Shown here one piece after another: positions 53,700-64,000 of a stretch of DNA of 64,000 bases (position 1 is its first letter; each line of letters begins with the position of its first letter). Location of the stretch: contig NC_073411.1 of NCBI RefSeq assembly GCF_028641065.1, positions 13,950,001-14,014,000 on the forward strand, in the 5' to 3' direction. The notes beneath the pieces are model-generated. The model did not search any database. It worked only from the letters and a program-made list of their open reading frames with translations, and was not told the DNA's origin. The position numbers and the translations under genes were made by a program. The DNA comes from Leucoraja erinacea (Eukaryota).

Positions 53700-54025
53700 G
53701 GTGCAAACCACCATCTACCTAGACACTATCTCCTGCAACCACAAGAGATGTAACACTTGACCCTATGCCACCTCCCTTGTATCCATCCAGGGACCTCGAC
53801 AGCCTTTCCAGGTGAGACACAGGTTCACATGAACTTTAATCTTATCTACTGCATTTGGTGTTCCTGATGTGGCCTCCTGTACATTGGTAAGACCAAGTGT
53901 CAACTAGCTTTTATTGAACATTCTGCCAAGGCCCAGGTTGCTAACCATTTTAACTCTCCTTCCTATACCCAAACAGACTTGGGCTGTCAGAGTGAGGCCC
54001 TCTCACAAACTGAAGGAACAGTACC
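53700..54025 (+). mobile_element. Decayed Penelope-like element, GIY-YIG endonuclease fragment
   Basis: Translates with stops and a frameshift as CNHKRCNT*P...IQGPRQPFQVRHRFT.../NLIYCIWCS*CGLLYIGKTK. Confidence 0.75.
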
Positions 54026-56161
54026 ACACTCTCACGTTTTGTCTTTTCATCTAACATGAGCCAGATAGCGTGTCGAGACAAGTGTCCCAAATAAATACAC
54101 CCATTATACTGCCACCATTGTTTCCAGCGGGTGTCATCACCAAACCTTGCCCTGGAGGGTAATTCAGGTATTACCTAATTCCCAAACATCTTACAGATGC
54201 GTGAGATGTACAGAGATCCCCACCTCCAGTTTCAGACTTTAATCTTGGAAAATAGTAGCAACATTTGTTTCTTCCCGGTTGTTATCAGGCAGAGTGCAGT
54301 CCTGACCTCCCCATATCTACCTCATTGGAGACCTTTTAACTGTTTTCAATTAGATTTAGCTTACACTAAATGTTGTAGGCTTTATCTTGTGTCTGTACAC
54401 AGTGGATGACTCGATTGTAATCATACAATTATTTGACTGGGTAGCACGCAACAAAAACCTTTTCACTGTATCTTGGTACATGTGACAATAATAAACTAAA
54501 CTAAACAAATTATGTACTGTCTCAGTGAACGATTCCTATACACTTGTACTTAACTACGATTCTGTTTATAGTAATTAATTTATTGAACTGTGTGCAAAAA
54601 ATAAAGTTCCCTGTACCTCAGTGACAATAAAGTACCATTGAACTATTGAAACATCACCTGTCCATGTTCTCCAGATCTGCTGTTTGACCCGCTGAGTTAC
54701 TCCAGCATTTTGTGTCTTTTTTTCCTCTATAAAGCTTTCCTATCCATGTACCTGTCCAAATGTCCTTTAATTTTTGTTATTGTACTGCCTTGACAACCTC
54801 CTCTGGCAACTTGTTCCATATACAGACCCCAGCTACCGTGTGGAAAAAGTTGTCTCTCGGGTTCCAATTAAATCTTTCCCCTCTTAAACCAATGTCACGA
54901 CTACAAGGTGAGGTTGGACAAACCTGGATTGTTTTCTCAGAAGGTTGAGGGGAGATCTGATGGGTATAAAAAAATTATGAGAGGGATAGATATGATAGGC
55001 AGTCAGAACCTATTTAACAGGTAGTGGAAATGTAAACGATTAGAGGGTATAGCTAGAAGGTGAGAGGGGCAAAGTTTAAATACAGGGCACGTTTTTTCAC
55101 CAGAGTTCTGGTGCTGGGAATATGCTGTCAGACGGTGAAGGCAGATACAATTATGGAGTTTAAGAGGCTTTTAGATCGGCACATGAATACACAAGGATGG
55201 ATTATGTGCAGACAGAGGAGATTAGGTTACTTGGCATCATGTTTGGCACAGACTTTGTGGGTTGAATGTCCTCTCTCTGTGTTGTACTGAGCTTTGGAGA
55301 GGCTGTAAAAAAAACACAGGTTTACAATCATACCAAAATCATGTTTTGTCAGGTTGTGAGAAAATTGATCTTTTAACATTTATTTTTTCACATAAACTGC
55401 AACTTTTGCTGTGGAAAATTATTAATGTTCTTTTACTTATTATGCAGTCATCTTTTATTAAGATGATTCACATGAGTGACTATAGTCATTAAAAGCACAT
55501 GATTTTGAGTGAGGAACCCAGATACAATCCTACTCCATGCGATTGCCCAAAGCATCTGTCATTAATTTGCAGGAAACGTGATTTCTCTTTCATGCATAAA
55601 GTTTATATCCTGTTAACAATTACTTGTATAAAGTTTAGTGTGTGCAAGTTTTAAATGCTGCTGGTGTGGAGATGGACTTTTGGACAAAGTCAAGCTGAAT
55701 TTCATGTCTAAAAATGTTCTTGTCCACCCGGATCTTCAATGTCCAAAATGTAGCCAGTGTCACTTAAAACCTTTGCATTAGCCAATAGCCAAGTGTGTGC
55801 CCTATGTTCTCTCCTCCCTGATGTAATTGAGACCCATGTAATCTATTCTTGACACCTTCCTTCTAAGCTTGTAAAATTACCCATCATTGTCTTATCTTTC
55901 ATTCATTATTCTTTATCTCTCTACATCATCGTCTATATTTGTTGTTTCCCTTATCCCTAACTAGTCTGAAGAAGGGACCGACCCGAAACATCACCCATTC
56001 CTTCTCCAGAGATGCTGCCTGTCCTGCTGAGTTACTCCAGTATTTTGTGTCTACTTGTAAATACCCAATTCTTCTTGGCAGCTTGATGCTCCAGTGGGAT
56101 GTGTTCAAGATTGCTGTTGTGTACTCAGTCTCTTAAACACTTGTGCTTTCTTTCCTTTTAG

Positions 56162-56283
56162 GTTTGGGAGCTTCAAGTTCTGGTACTTTCTGGGACATTA
56201 GTGGAAACACAATGGTGACCGCCCATTATGTACGGCTGACTCCCGACCTGCAGAGTAAACAGGGAGCTATTTGGAACCGCATT
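56162..56283 (+). CDS. LMAN2L: LMAN2L exon 2
   Basis: GLGASSSGTFWDISGNTMVTAHYVRLTPDLQSKQGAIWNRI; ttttAG| and |GTAAGA; 122 nt. Confidence 0.94.
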
Positions 56284-56608
56284 GTAAGACTTGATTTTGA
56301 TTACACTTTGAGTGGTGCAAAATGAAATGGATGGATAGCATCAAATGCTCCTGTTCAGCTTGAGCATGGGATAGGTGTAGAGAAAAGCTTCTCCCTGCAC
56401 ACTGGACTATGGGCATGAAGGAGAGGAAGCCTCCCTCCCAATGTTGTTCCAATAAAACACTCCCAGGGCATGGGTTAGAATCAGAATAAACCTCTCCCTA
56501 CACTGTCCCATCTACAGATGCACCATATACAGTATACTGCTGAGTTGCATCGCAGCTTGGTTTAAGAACAGCTCAGTCCAAAACCACAGGGATTTCCAGA
56601 GAGTTGTA

Positions 56609-57709
56609 GATGTAGCGAGTCAGTCACACAGATCAGACTTCCCACCATCTATACTTCATGCTGCCTTGAAATAGCAGCCAACATATTCAAAGCCTTGTCC
56701 CATCCCTCATCCCCTTTTATCAGACTTCTGAACCATCCTTCCATAAGCTTGAACACAGTACAATTCTCCTCTACTTTATTGGGCTTTGCCTCTGGAACTG
56801 TTGTGCTTCAATGCTGAGAACTATATTCGACACTCGGTACCTTTCCCTTCACTCTACCTGTTGTACTTGAGTTTTGCTTGAGTATTTATGTTTGGTGTAA
56901 TCTGATTTGATCGGAAAACTTGCAAAACAAAGCTTTTCACTATCTCAGTATATGTAACAATAATAAACCTAACCCAATCAAACACTCTCAGATAGCGTAA
57001 AATCATATGCAGAGCAAAGCCCCATTTATACTGTCCCATCACATTTTCTCAGGGCATAAAGTCAGGAGCAGTCATGTTTCTTCCACACTGTCTCATCAAA
57101 AGATCTTGGAACAAGTATTGTGCAGTTCAAATAAACAGTTACGTTCCGTCTGCAATGTCTTGCCAAACACTCCCAGGATAGATACAGTTAGATATGGGGT
57201 AAAGCTACCCCTAGGATGTCTCATCAAGCTACCTATGACTTGGATTAGAGTATGGAACTAGGGAAAGGATATCTGCTGTGGTCAGTACTTGAAGGTTGGT
57301 GTACTTTTCTTCCTTGGGCTGTGTTCACCGTTTACTGTCTCCAAAACCTGCAAGTAATTCTCTGTCTCTCTCTCTCTGTCTCTCTCTCTGTCTGCAGGCT
57401 TGCTTGATGCGAGACTGGGAGATGCAGGTACACTTCAAAAATCCATGGACAAGGAAAGAAGAATCTAAACGGTGATGGGATTGCTGTGTGGTACACCAAA
57501 GATCGCATGCAACCAGGTACAGTGTCTGAAATAGGAGGGAGCCTGTCGCTCCTCCTATTTCAGGATGTAGCGAGTCAGTCACACAGATCAGACTTCCCAC
57601 CATCTATACTTCATGCTGCCTTGAAATAGCAGCCAACATAATCAAAGCCTTGTTCCGTCCCTCATCCCCTATTATCAGGCTTCTGAACCATCCTTCCATA
57701 AGCTTGAAC
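56609..57709 (+). repeat. 146-bp direct duplication (56609-56754 and 57564-57709) flanking LMAN2L exon 3
   Basis: GATGTAGCGAGTCAGTCACACAGATCAG...CCATAAGCTTGAAC present twice, about 5 mismatches by eye. Confidence 0.85.
57398..57516 (+). CDS. LMAN2L: LMAN2L exon 3 (apparent +1 frameshift at A5 run 57437-57441)
   Basis: ACLMRDWEMQVHFK, then IHGQGKKNLNGDGIAVWYTKDRMQP in the shifted frame; 119 nt where phases require 118; tgCAG| and G|GTACAG. Confidence 0.9.
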
Positions 57710-58300
57710 TGACTTTGTTGTTAGCGGGAATAATTGCAGGAGGAAAATGATCACCAAATCAAACGTCAATCATCTGCATTTCACTCTGCCTTAGAAAAGC
57801 AGTCGATATAATCAAGGACTTGTCCCACCCCTCGTCGCGTTCCTCCTTCTTCATGCTCCCGTCCGGCAAAAGATACAGACGCTGGAAAGAGCGCACCACC
57901 AGACGCAGGAACAGCTTCTTTGCCTCGGTTATCAGGCTTCTGAATGGTCCTTCCATAAGCTAGGGTACTGTCTGATTCACCTCTACCGCACAGCAGACAT
58001 TGGTCTCTGAAACTGGTGCGATTTGCTCTGTCAATTGTACTTGAGTTTGACTTGATTGTATTAAGATAGTATTATCTGATTGGATAACATACAAAGCAAA
58101 GCTTTTCACTGTACCTCAGTACATGTGACAGAATAAACCTAAACTTTACTCTCCCTGTTTTCTGCAGCAGGGTGGGTGGTCATCATACTACTCATTAGCG
58201 AGAGTACAGTCCAGATCTCCCAGCCTATCTCATCGTGGTCCATGCCTTTAAAAAAAATCTGTACTTGCTGTGTGACTGTAATGCAGAAGACTGTAGCACT

Positions 58301-58569
58301 GAACTGCAGATGCTGGTTTAAATCGAAGGTAGACACAAAATGCTGGAGTAACTCAGGCTATTTGAAGTGCCCTTGCTTTCCCTCTCTCTCTCCATCCCTC
58401 CCCCTTCGTAGTTCTCCCACCAGTCTCACTGTCTCCTACTACATTCTATCTCTGTCCCACCCACTCCCCTGACATCAGTCTGAAGAAGGGTCTCGACCCG
58501 AAACGTCATCCATTCCTTCTCTCCAGAGATGCTGCCTGTCCCACTGAGTTACTCCAGCACTTTGTGTCT
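58301..58569 (+). mobile_element. Penelope-derived element with minimal hammerhead core
   Basis: TSD ACTGTAGCACT at 58290-58300 and 58570-58580; CTGAAGA-A-GGGT-CTCG-ACCC-GAAACGTC at 58480-58507. Confidence 0.75.
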
Positions 58570-59113
58570 ACTGTAGCACTAGCTTTTGGACTGGTATATT
58601 ACACTTTGCATTAACTGTTGTGCTTGGGCTAACAGGTCAGTTATTCCTTCTATCTCCTCCTTTCTCAAATAACCCACCTCTCATTCTTCCAAACTCTAGT
58701 GTGCAGCTGTGTCTGCTTAATTTATCATTGTAGTACACATACCCCCCCCCCCCCCCCCCCCAACTGTATCCCAGGAATCATTCTTGTAGACCCCCAAAGT
58801 CCCTGGTTTAAAGCCACGCCTGGCTTTGTTCATTTGGAATGGGTGAGTTGATCAACAAGAGGACAACATTGCAAGCCCAGTGTCATGAGCAAGGTTCTCC
58901 TGCCTCCTCTGGCTGTTAATGGCCCCTCTTCCCCCAATGCTAAAAGCGATTGCCAGTTGCACTGAGGGTCTAGTGCAGGCTGTTAATTGAGAACCACCTG
59001 TTCTCTTGCAACAGTCAGTGCCATCGAGTTTGGGGAAAGGCACTTTATATTCGTGGACTGGCAATGGTGACAGACAACAGATTATATTGAATGGTTACCA
59101 TTTTCTTCTCTAG

Positions 59114-59196
59114 GTTCAGTATTTGGAAGTAAGGATCTCTTTTCCGGACTCGGAATATTCTTGGATACCTACCCAAATGAGGAGAAACAGCACGAG
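59114..59196 (+). CDS. LMAN2L: LMAN2L exon 4
   Basis: GSVFGSKDLFSGLGIFLDTYPNEEKQHE (L-type lectin Ca2+ motif DTYPN); ctctAG| and GAG|GTGTGT; 83 nt. Confidence 0.94.
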
Positions 59197-59679
59197 GTGT
59201 GTACTGGATCAATATTTATGATCACATAACGTGATGTGTTCTGCTAACCCCCCCCGCCAAAATAACAGTCTCTCTTCTGCCCTTGAATTTAAACTCCTAT
59301 CGAACTCCCCAGGTGTTTGTCGTTGTAAATCATTGAAGCTGTAATTGCCTCGCTGAGAAATAATATAAATGTTTATCCTGTTTAAACGGCTTTAAACACG
59401 GCAGAAATGTTGAGAGTCCGTGAGATTCGGAAGCAATTGTCATGAATTCAGAAATTAAGCAAGGGAACAAGCCTACTAGCACTCACACATGAGCGGTGGA
59501 GGTATAAACCTTTACCGTTCTTGTTAATAACCACTTGAGTGAGAGTGCCATTGCTTAAAGAACTAATTTGAGGGCTTGCATGAACCCTAACAGCTGAATG
59601 GCTTCCCTGTGTTGTAGGCTTCTTTAATTCACACTTGTCTGATGTGACCAGTTGCTTCTGAGTTGTGCTATGACAGTCT

Positions 59680-59992
59680 AGTTTGGTTTTTAATTTAGTC
59701 TAGAGATACAGTACAGAAACAGGCCCTTCGGCCCACCGAGTCCAGGCCAAATAGCGATCCCCGCACACTTAACACTATCCAACACACACTAGGGACAGTT
59801 TACAATTATATCAAGCCCATTAACCCACAAACCTGTACATTTTGGAGTGTGGGAGGGAACTGGAGATCCAGGAGAAAACCCAGGCGGTCACAGCAGAACG
59901 CACAAACTCTGTACAGACAGCACCCGTAGTCAGGATCGAACCTGTGTCTCTGGCAATGTAAGGCAGAAACTACACCGCTATGCCACTATGCC
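59680..59992 (-). mobile_element. tRNA-derived V-SINE (HE1-like)
   Basis: A-box-like TGGCATAGCGG, B box GGTTCGATCC, V-domain GGGTGCTGTCTGT..GAGTTTG..CGTTCT, CTAAA-type tail. Confidence 0.75.
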
Positions 59993-60992
59993 AGTCGGCA
60001 AAGTAACATCCATCTGCAGTGCGTAAAGAACTTTAAAAATGTTAAGAACTTTTAATATATTTGTTGAACTTTATGCTTGGAAACACATACACAAATGGGT
60101 AAAAATGCAACCATAAGCGTACATTAGATCCCTTAAATAACAAGGTTTTGCATTTAAAATCCCTGAAGAAAGATAAACAAGTATTGATCCCATCTCTGAG
60201 ATCATCTTATTCCTGCATAATTGATGACATTTTGAAATGCTTTCACCAGATATAGGTCAAGCAGATAGCTTACAGACATCGATGTGCATGTAGACAAACA
60301 GATGTGAGGTGCGCATTTCATCATGGAAAGAGAATAGCCAGGCCTATAGGTTAGCCTTTGCCCAATTTTCACCTTTGATTGCTACTGTGCACCGTTCCTT
60401 CAGTGCAAGTAGTCGGTGTAGTTTCCCAACTCCAGTCCTGAACTGGGCTTGAGATTAGACACAAAATGCTGCAGTAACTCAGTGGGACCGGCAGCATCTC
60501 TGGAGAGAAGGAATTCCTTCTCTCCAGAGATGCCGCCTATCCTGCTGAATTGGATCTGGATTGGATCTGACCGACACTCCAGGTGTGTTTCAGCAGAATC
60601 ATTTTGTTTTGCTCAATCCGGTTTCAGTCCTTAGTGGGACCAGGATTTTTACCCTTGGAAGGGAATATAGGAATAGTTAGAAATGAACAATTTGAATATG
60701 TGTTTAATGTAATGATCAATTTTCTGACTTGCAATATTTAAAATTAATAGTCACTGCATGATGTCACATTAGTGATCAATTACTGTAACTCCTTGCCTGG
60801 AAATTGAATCCTTGTTAATCCTTCAGGGATTGATCTGAGAAATATATCTGCATATTCACTGCCTGTAAACGGACAGTTTGTCCCAAAGAGGCAGTTGACT
60901 ATTTGCAGGAAATGCATGCCAGTTTGAAAGCAATGATAAGTTATTGAAATACCTGTTTTATCTCATGTTGCCTTTATTTCCGGGATGTGCAG

Positions 60993-61025
60993 TCTAAGAA
61001 GAGGAGATATACACCTTCTACTCAG
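60993..61025 (+). CDS. LMAN2L: LMAN2L alternative 33-nt cassette exon
   Basis: tgCAG|SKKRRYTPSTQ|GTAGCT, phase 0-0; resembles the 11-aa insert (AQKRRYSPGVQ, recalled) of the long human VIPL isoform. Confidence 0.82.
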
Positions 61026-61564
61026 GTAGCTTTGTGTTCCAGTTTCCAATCTTCATGCCCCTTGGCATATGTTCATTTCTTCTTTACCAACGAGTGAATG
61101 TGTATTTTTTGCGTCTTGGTGTTTCATTTATAGTTTTTTTTTGTTGTTGTTTTTTTTTAAATCATCCCAGTTTTATTTTTGCTGTGCAAAATTCTCTTGT
61201 CATTCCAGTGTGTTGGGAGAGCAATTCCAGAGGAGTTCTACCCTCTGCTTTGAGAAATTTGGGACTTTGATCTTAGAGGTGTATAAAATCAGGGGAATAG
61301 TAGACGGAATCTGTTACTCGGGGAGAAATTAAGAATTACAGGTCACACTGTTGGGGTGGGATCTGGAGAGGAAGAATGTTACATTAAAATACATTGTGTT
61401 GGAGCATTATATTGTTTAAATATCCTTTAAATAAATCTGGAACCTGTGCTCCAGGATTTGCCTTTAGTTGTGTGTGTGTTGGTTGTGTGAAAGTGTGTGT
61501 GTGTGCTTGTTACTGGGTGTAATCGAGGACTTTGGCCTTTAACATTCTGATTTTGGCTTCATAG

Positions 61565-61726
61565 CGAATCTTCCCGTATATTTCGGCAATGGTGAATAAC
61601 GGGAGCTTGTCTTACGATCACTCGCGGGACGGTCGGCCCACGACGATCGGAGGATGCACGGCTCTCGTGAGAAATCTCAACCACGACACCTTTGTTGTGA
61701 TCCGTTACCTGAAGAGAAGACTCACG
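61565..61726 (+). CDS. LMAN2L: LMAN2L exon 5
   Basis: RIFPYISAMVNNGSLSYDHSRDGRPTTIGGCTALVRNLNHDTFVVIRYLKRRLT; catAG| and |GTGAGT; 162 nt. Confidence 0.95.
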
Positions 61727-62149
61727 GTGAGTTTGGGCCTCCAGCTGTTTGCAACAAATAGAACATGGAACATGCAGCACGGTGGGGCAGCGCTAGAGTT
61801 GCTGCCTTACAGCACCAGAGACTCTGGTTCGATCCTGCCTACAGGTGCTATCTGTACCTGTGCAAGGGTCTCGACCCGAAACATCACCCATTCCTTCTCT
61901 CCAGAGATGCTGCCTGTCCCGCTGAGTTACTCCAGCTTTTTGTGTCTGTCTTTGGTGTAAACCAGCATCTGCAGTTCCTTCCTGCACATGGATGTGATCC
62001 CGATTATCACCCCCCCTCCTAGGCTTTTCTCTTTGCCATTCTCCCCCGGTTTCGATGGAAGCCGTTGTGTTCGGGGGAGTTTAATCTTGACTGTGGCCAG
62101 GCTCAGCAGGAAACTTTATAGCACATTGATGGATGTTTTTCATTTGCAG

Positions 62150-62264
62150 GTTATGATTGATATTGACGGCAAGAATGAGTGGAAAGACTGCATTGATTTC
62201 CCTGGCATCAGACTGCCAATGGGTTATTATTTTGGTGCTTCTTCTGCTACTGGAGACTTGACAG
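62150..62264 (+). CDS. LMAN2L: LMAN2L exon 6
   Basis: VMIDIDGKNEWKDCIDFPGIRLPMGYYFGASSATGDLT; tgCAG| and G|GTCTGT; 115 nt. Confidence 0.94.
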
Positions 62265-62907
62265 GTCTGTTCCTCTCCTCCTTTCCCTCATCTTCATATT
62301 ATGGGAATTGCTTGAGAAAGAAAGGGTGACTGAAGTTTTCCGTGGATTCTTTGCTCTTGTGACACCTCAAAAAAAAACTTTATAGTCAATGGCACACCTT
62401 TTGTAGTTTGGATGTGGGAGGAAACTGGAGAAAAGACTTTAGCCTTCCATCACAGTGAGGAGGTGCCTGGTGAACTCACTGTGGCGGATGTTCATTGTGT
62501 GTTTTTGTTATTTTTATTTTCATTATATGTATGACAGCAAGGCGACAAAAATTTGTTCAGACTTAAAGGTCTGAATGACAATAAAGGATACTTTGACTTT
62601 GAAAACCCATGCTCACAGGGAAATCGTGCAGACTCCACACAAGCAGCACCCAAGCTCAGAATCAACCCTGTATATGGCACAGTGAGGCAGCAACTCCACC
62701 AGTTGCGCCACTGTGCTGCCCTGTGATGTGGGATACCTGAAACCACAATCTCCCTAAGTATGAGACTACTACTAGTAGTACTAGAGTGTCACCCATTGAC
62801 TCGTAGAGTAATATGATGGGAGGGTTGTTATCTACTCACTCCTGTGGACCTTGGATGTTGTCGCCCTTGGAAGTGATGGCCACTAACCCGTGATGTGAAC
62901 TTTGCAG

Positions 62908-63033
62908 ATAATCACGACGTTATATCAGTAAAGGTCTATCAGCTAACGGTGGAAAAATCTCCTGGCGATGAGGAGGAGGAAGAGGATGAGGAGGTATTGG
63001 TCCCCAGTGTGGACAACTTCAGCATGCTAGGAG
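62908..63033 (+). CDS. LMAN2L: LMAN2L exon 7
   Basis: DNHDVISVKVYQLTVEKSPGDEEEEEDEEVLVPSVDNFSMLG; branch point CACTAAC at 62881; G|GTAAGT; 126 nt. Confidence 0.93.
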
Positions 63034-63805
63034 GTAAGTCAAACACCCCCATTTCCCACAGTTATGATACATTAACTTATGTTGTGAAATAATGCCTCTG
63101 CTTAAATATAAGTGACAGTCAACCTAGTGTGGTGATTCAGCCAATCCTTCATTTTAAGTAAGTCCTTTAAATTGCAAAGTGATCAGTGTACTCGATGAGG
63201 GACTCTGTAATGAGAAGAATGTTCCCTCTGCCGTTGCAACGCCCCTGCCCTACTGACGGGGAATGTGACTGAAATACAATCATAAGATCACCCTTCATCC
63301 TTCTTTGATCCAAGGAAGAGTACCAGCCTGCTCAAGTACTCCCCATAGCTCAGGCCCTCGAGACCTTAAATGTTCTCTGCACCCTTTCCAGCTAGACAAC
63401 ATCTTTCCTATAACATGGTGCCCAGAACTGAACACAATGCTCTAAATGCGGCCTCATCAATGTCGTATATAACTGCAAGATCCCAACTTCTGTCCTGCTC
63501 ATGTTAATTTTCCCAAATTGCAACACCTCACATTTCTTTGTATTAAATCCCAACAACCATTCCTCAGCCAAGATACTGCTGCAATTTTTGACAACCATCT
63601 TCACTATCTACAATACCACCCACATTAGTGTCTGTAGATCTATTGAGGGAGGAGGAGGAATAGTGGGGTGGGAAAGGTCTTGCAGGAGAACTTGTAAAAT
63701 GGTGTTGTTTGGCAGGGGTGTTAATGGCAACCATCGTTTCTAGTGTGATGTGTCACCAATGCCCGAGATGGAGAATGCTACTAATTTGATCATTGATTTG
63801 AGCAG

Positions 63806-63948
63806 ATGATCTGGAATCTGAGCCGATGAGTGGCGTGACATTGTTCTTCATCAGCTTTTTCTCACTCGTGGGCCTCATGGTGCTGGCGGTGATTGGAATC
63901 ATCGTCTTCCAGAAGTGGCAGGAGCAGAGCCGTAAGCGCTTCTACTGA
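63806..63948 (+). CDS. LMAN2L: LMAN2L last exon (TM helix and cytosolic RKRFY tail)
   Basis: DDLESEPMSGVTLFFISFFSLVGLMVLAVIGIIVFQKWQEQSRKRFY*; the RKR ER-localisation motif is characteristic of VIPL. Confidence 0.94.
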
Positions 63949-64000
63949 GGCCCATGCGGCCACCACTGGGAACCGCAGGGCTTGGGATGACGTTCCTTCA

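Overview
Vertebrate genomic DNA, most likely a cartilaginous fish such as a skate or ray (inferred from HE1-like V-SINEs, HER1/CR1-like LINE tails and Penelope-derived fold-back repeats). I traced three multi-exon genes by hand with GT-AG boundaries and consistent phases: CNNM3 (minus, 8 coding exons, 13284->985, about 737 aa), CNNM4 (minus, 7 core exons plus a candidate 63-nt cassette exon, 49188->20349, about 767/788 aa) and LMAN2L/VIPL (plus, 8 core exons plus a 33-nt cassette exon, 53086->63948). LMAN2L is head-to-head with CNNM4, the same order as the human LMAN2L-CNNM4-CNNM3 block. Main points for follow-up: a +1 frameshift in an A-run in LMAN2L exon 3; independent tandem amplification of CCAAT/GC-box modules at both divergent promoters; many TSD-flanked fold-back elements carrying minimal hammerhead-ribozyme cores, with a decayed Penelope GIY-YIG fragment nearby; an RBFOX-flanked cassette exon and an overlapping uORF in CNNM4; substitutions at conserved Mg2+/ATP-site residues in CNNM3; and an LTR plus tRNA-Leu PBS remnant just past the CNNM4 stop. 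Most short ORFs in the track are repeat-derived or shadow ORFs. Comparisons to human proteins are from memory, not from a database search.
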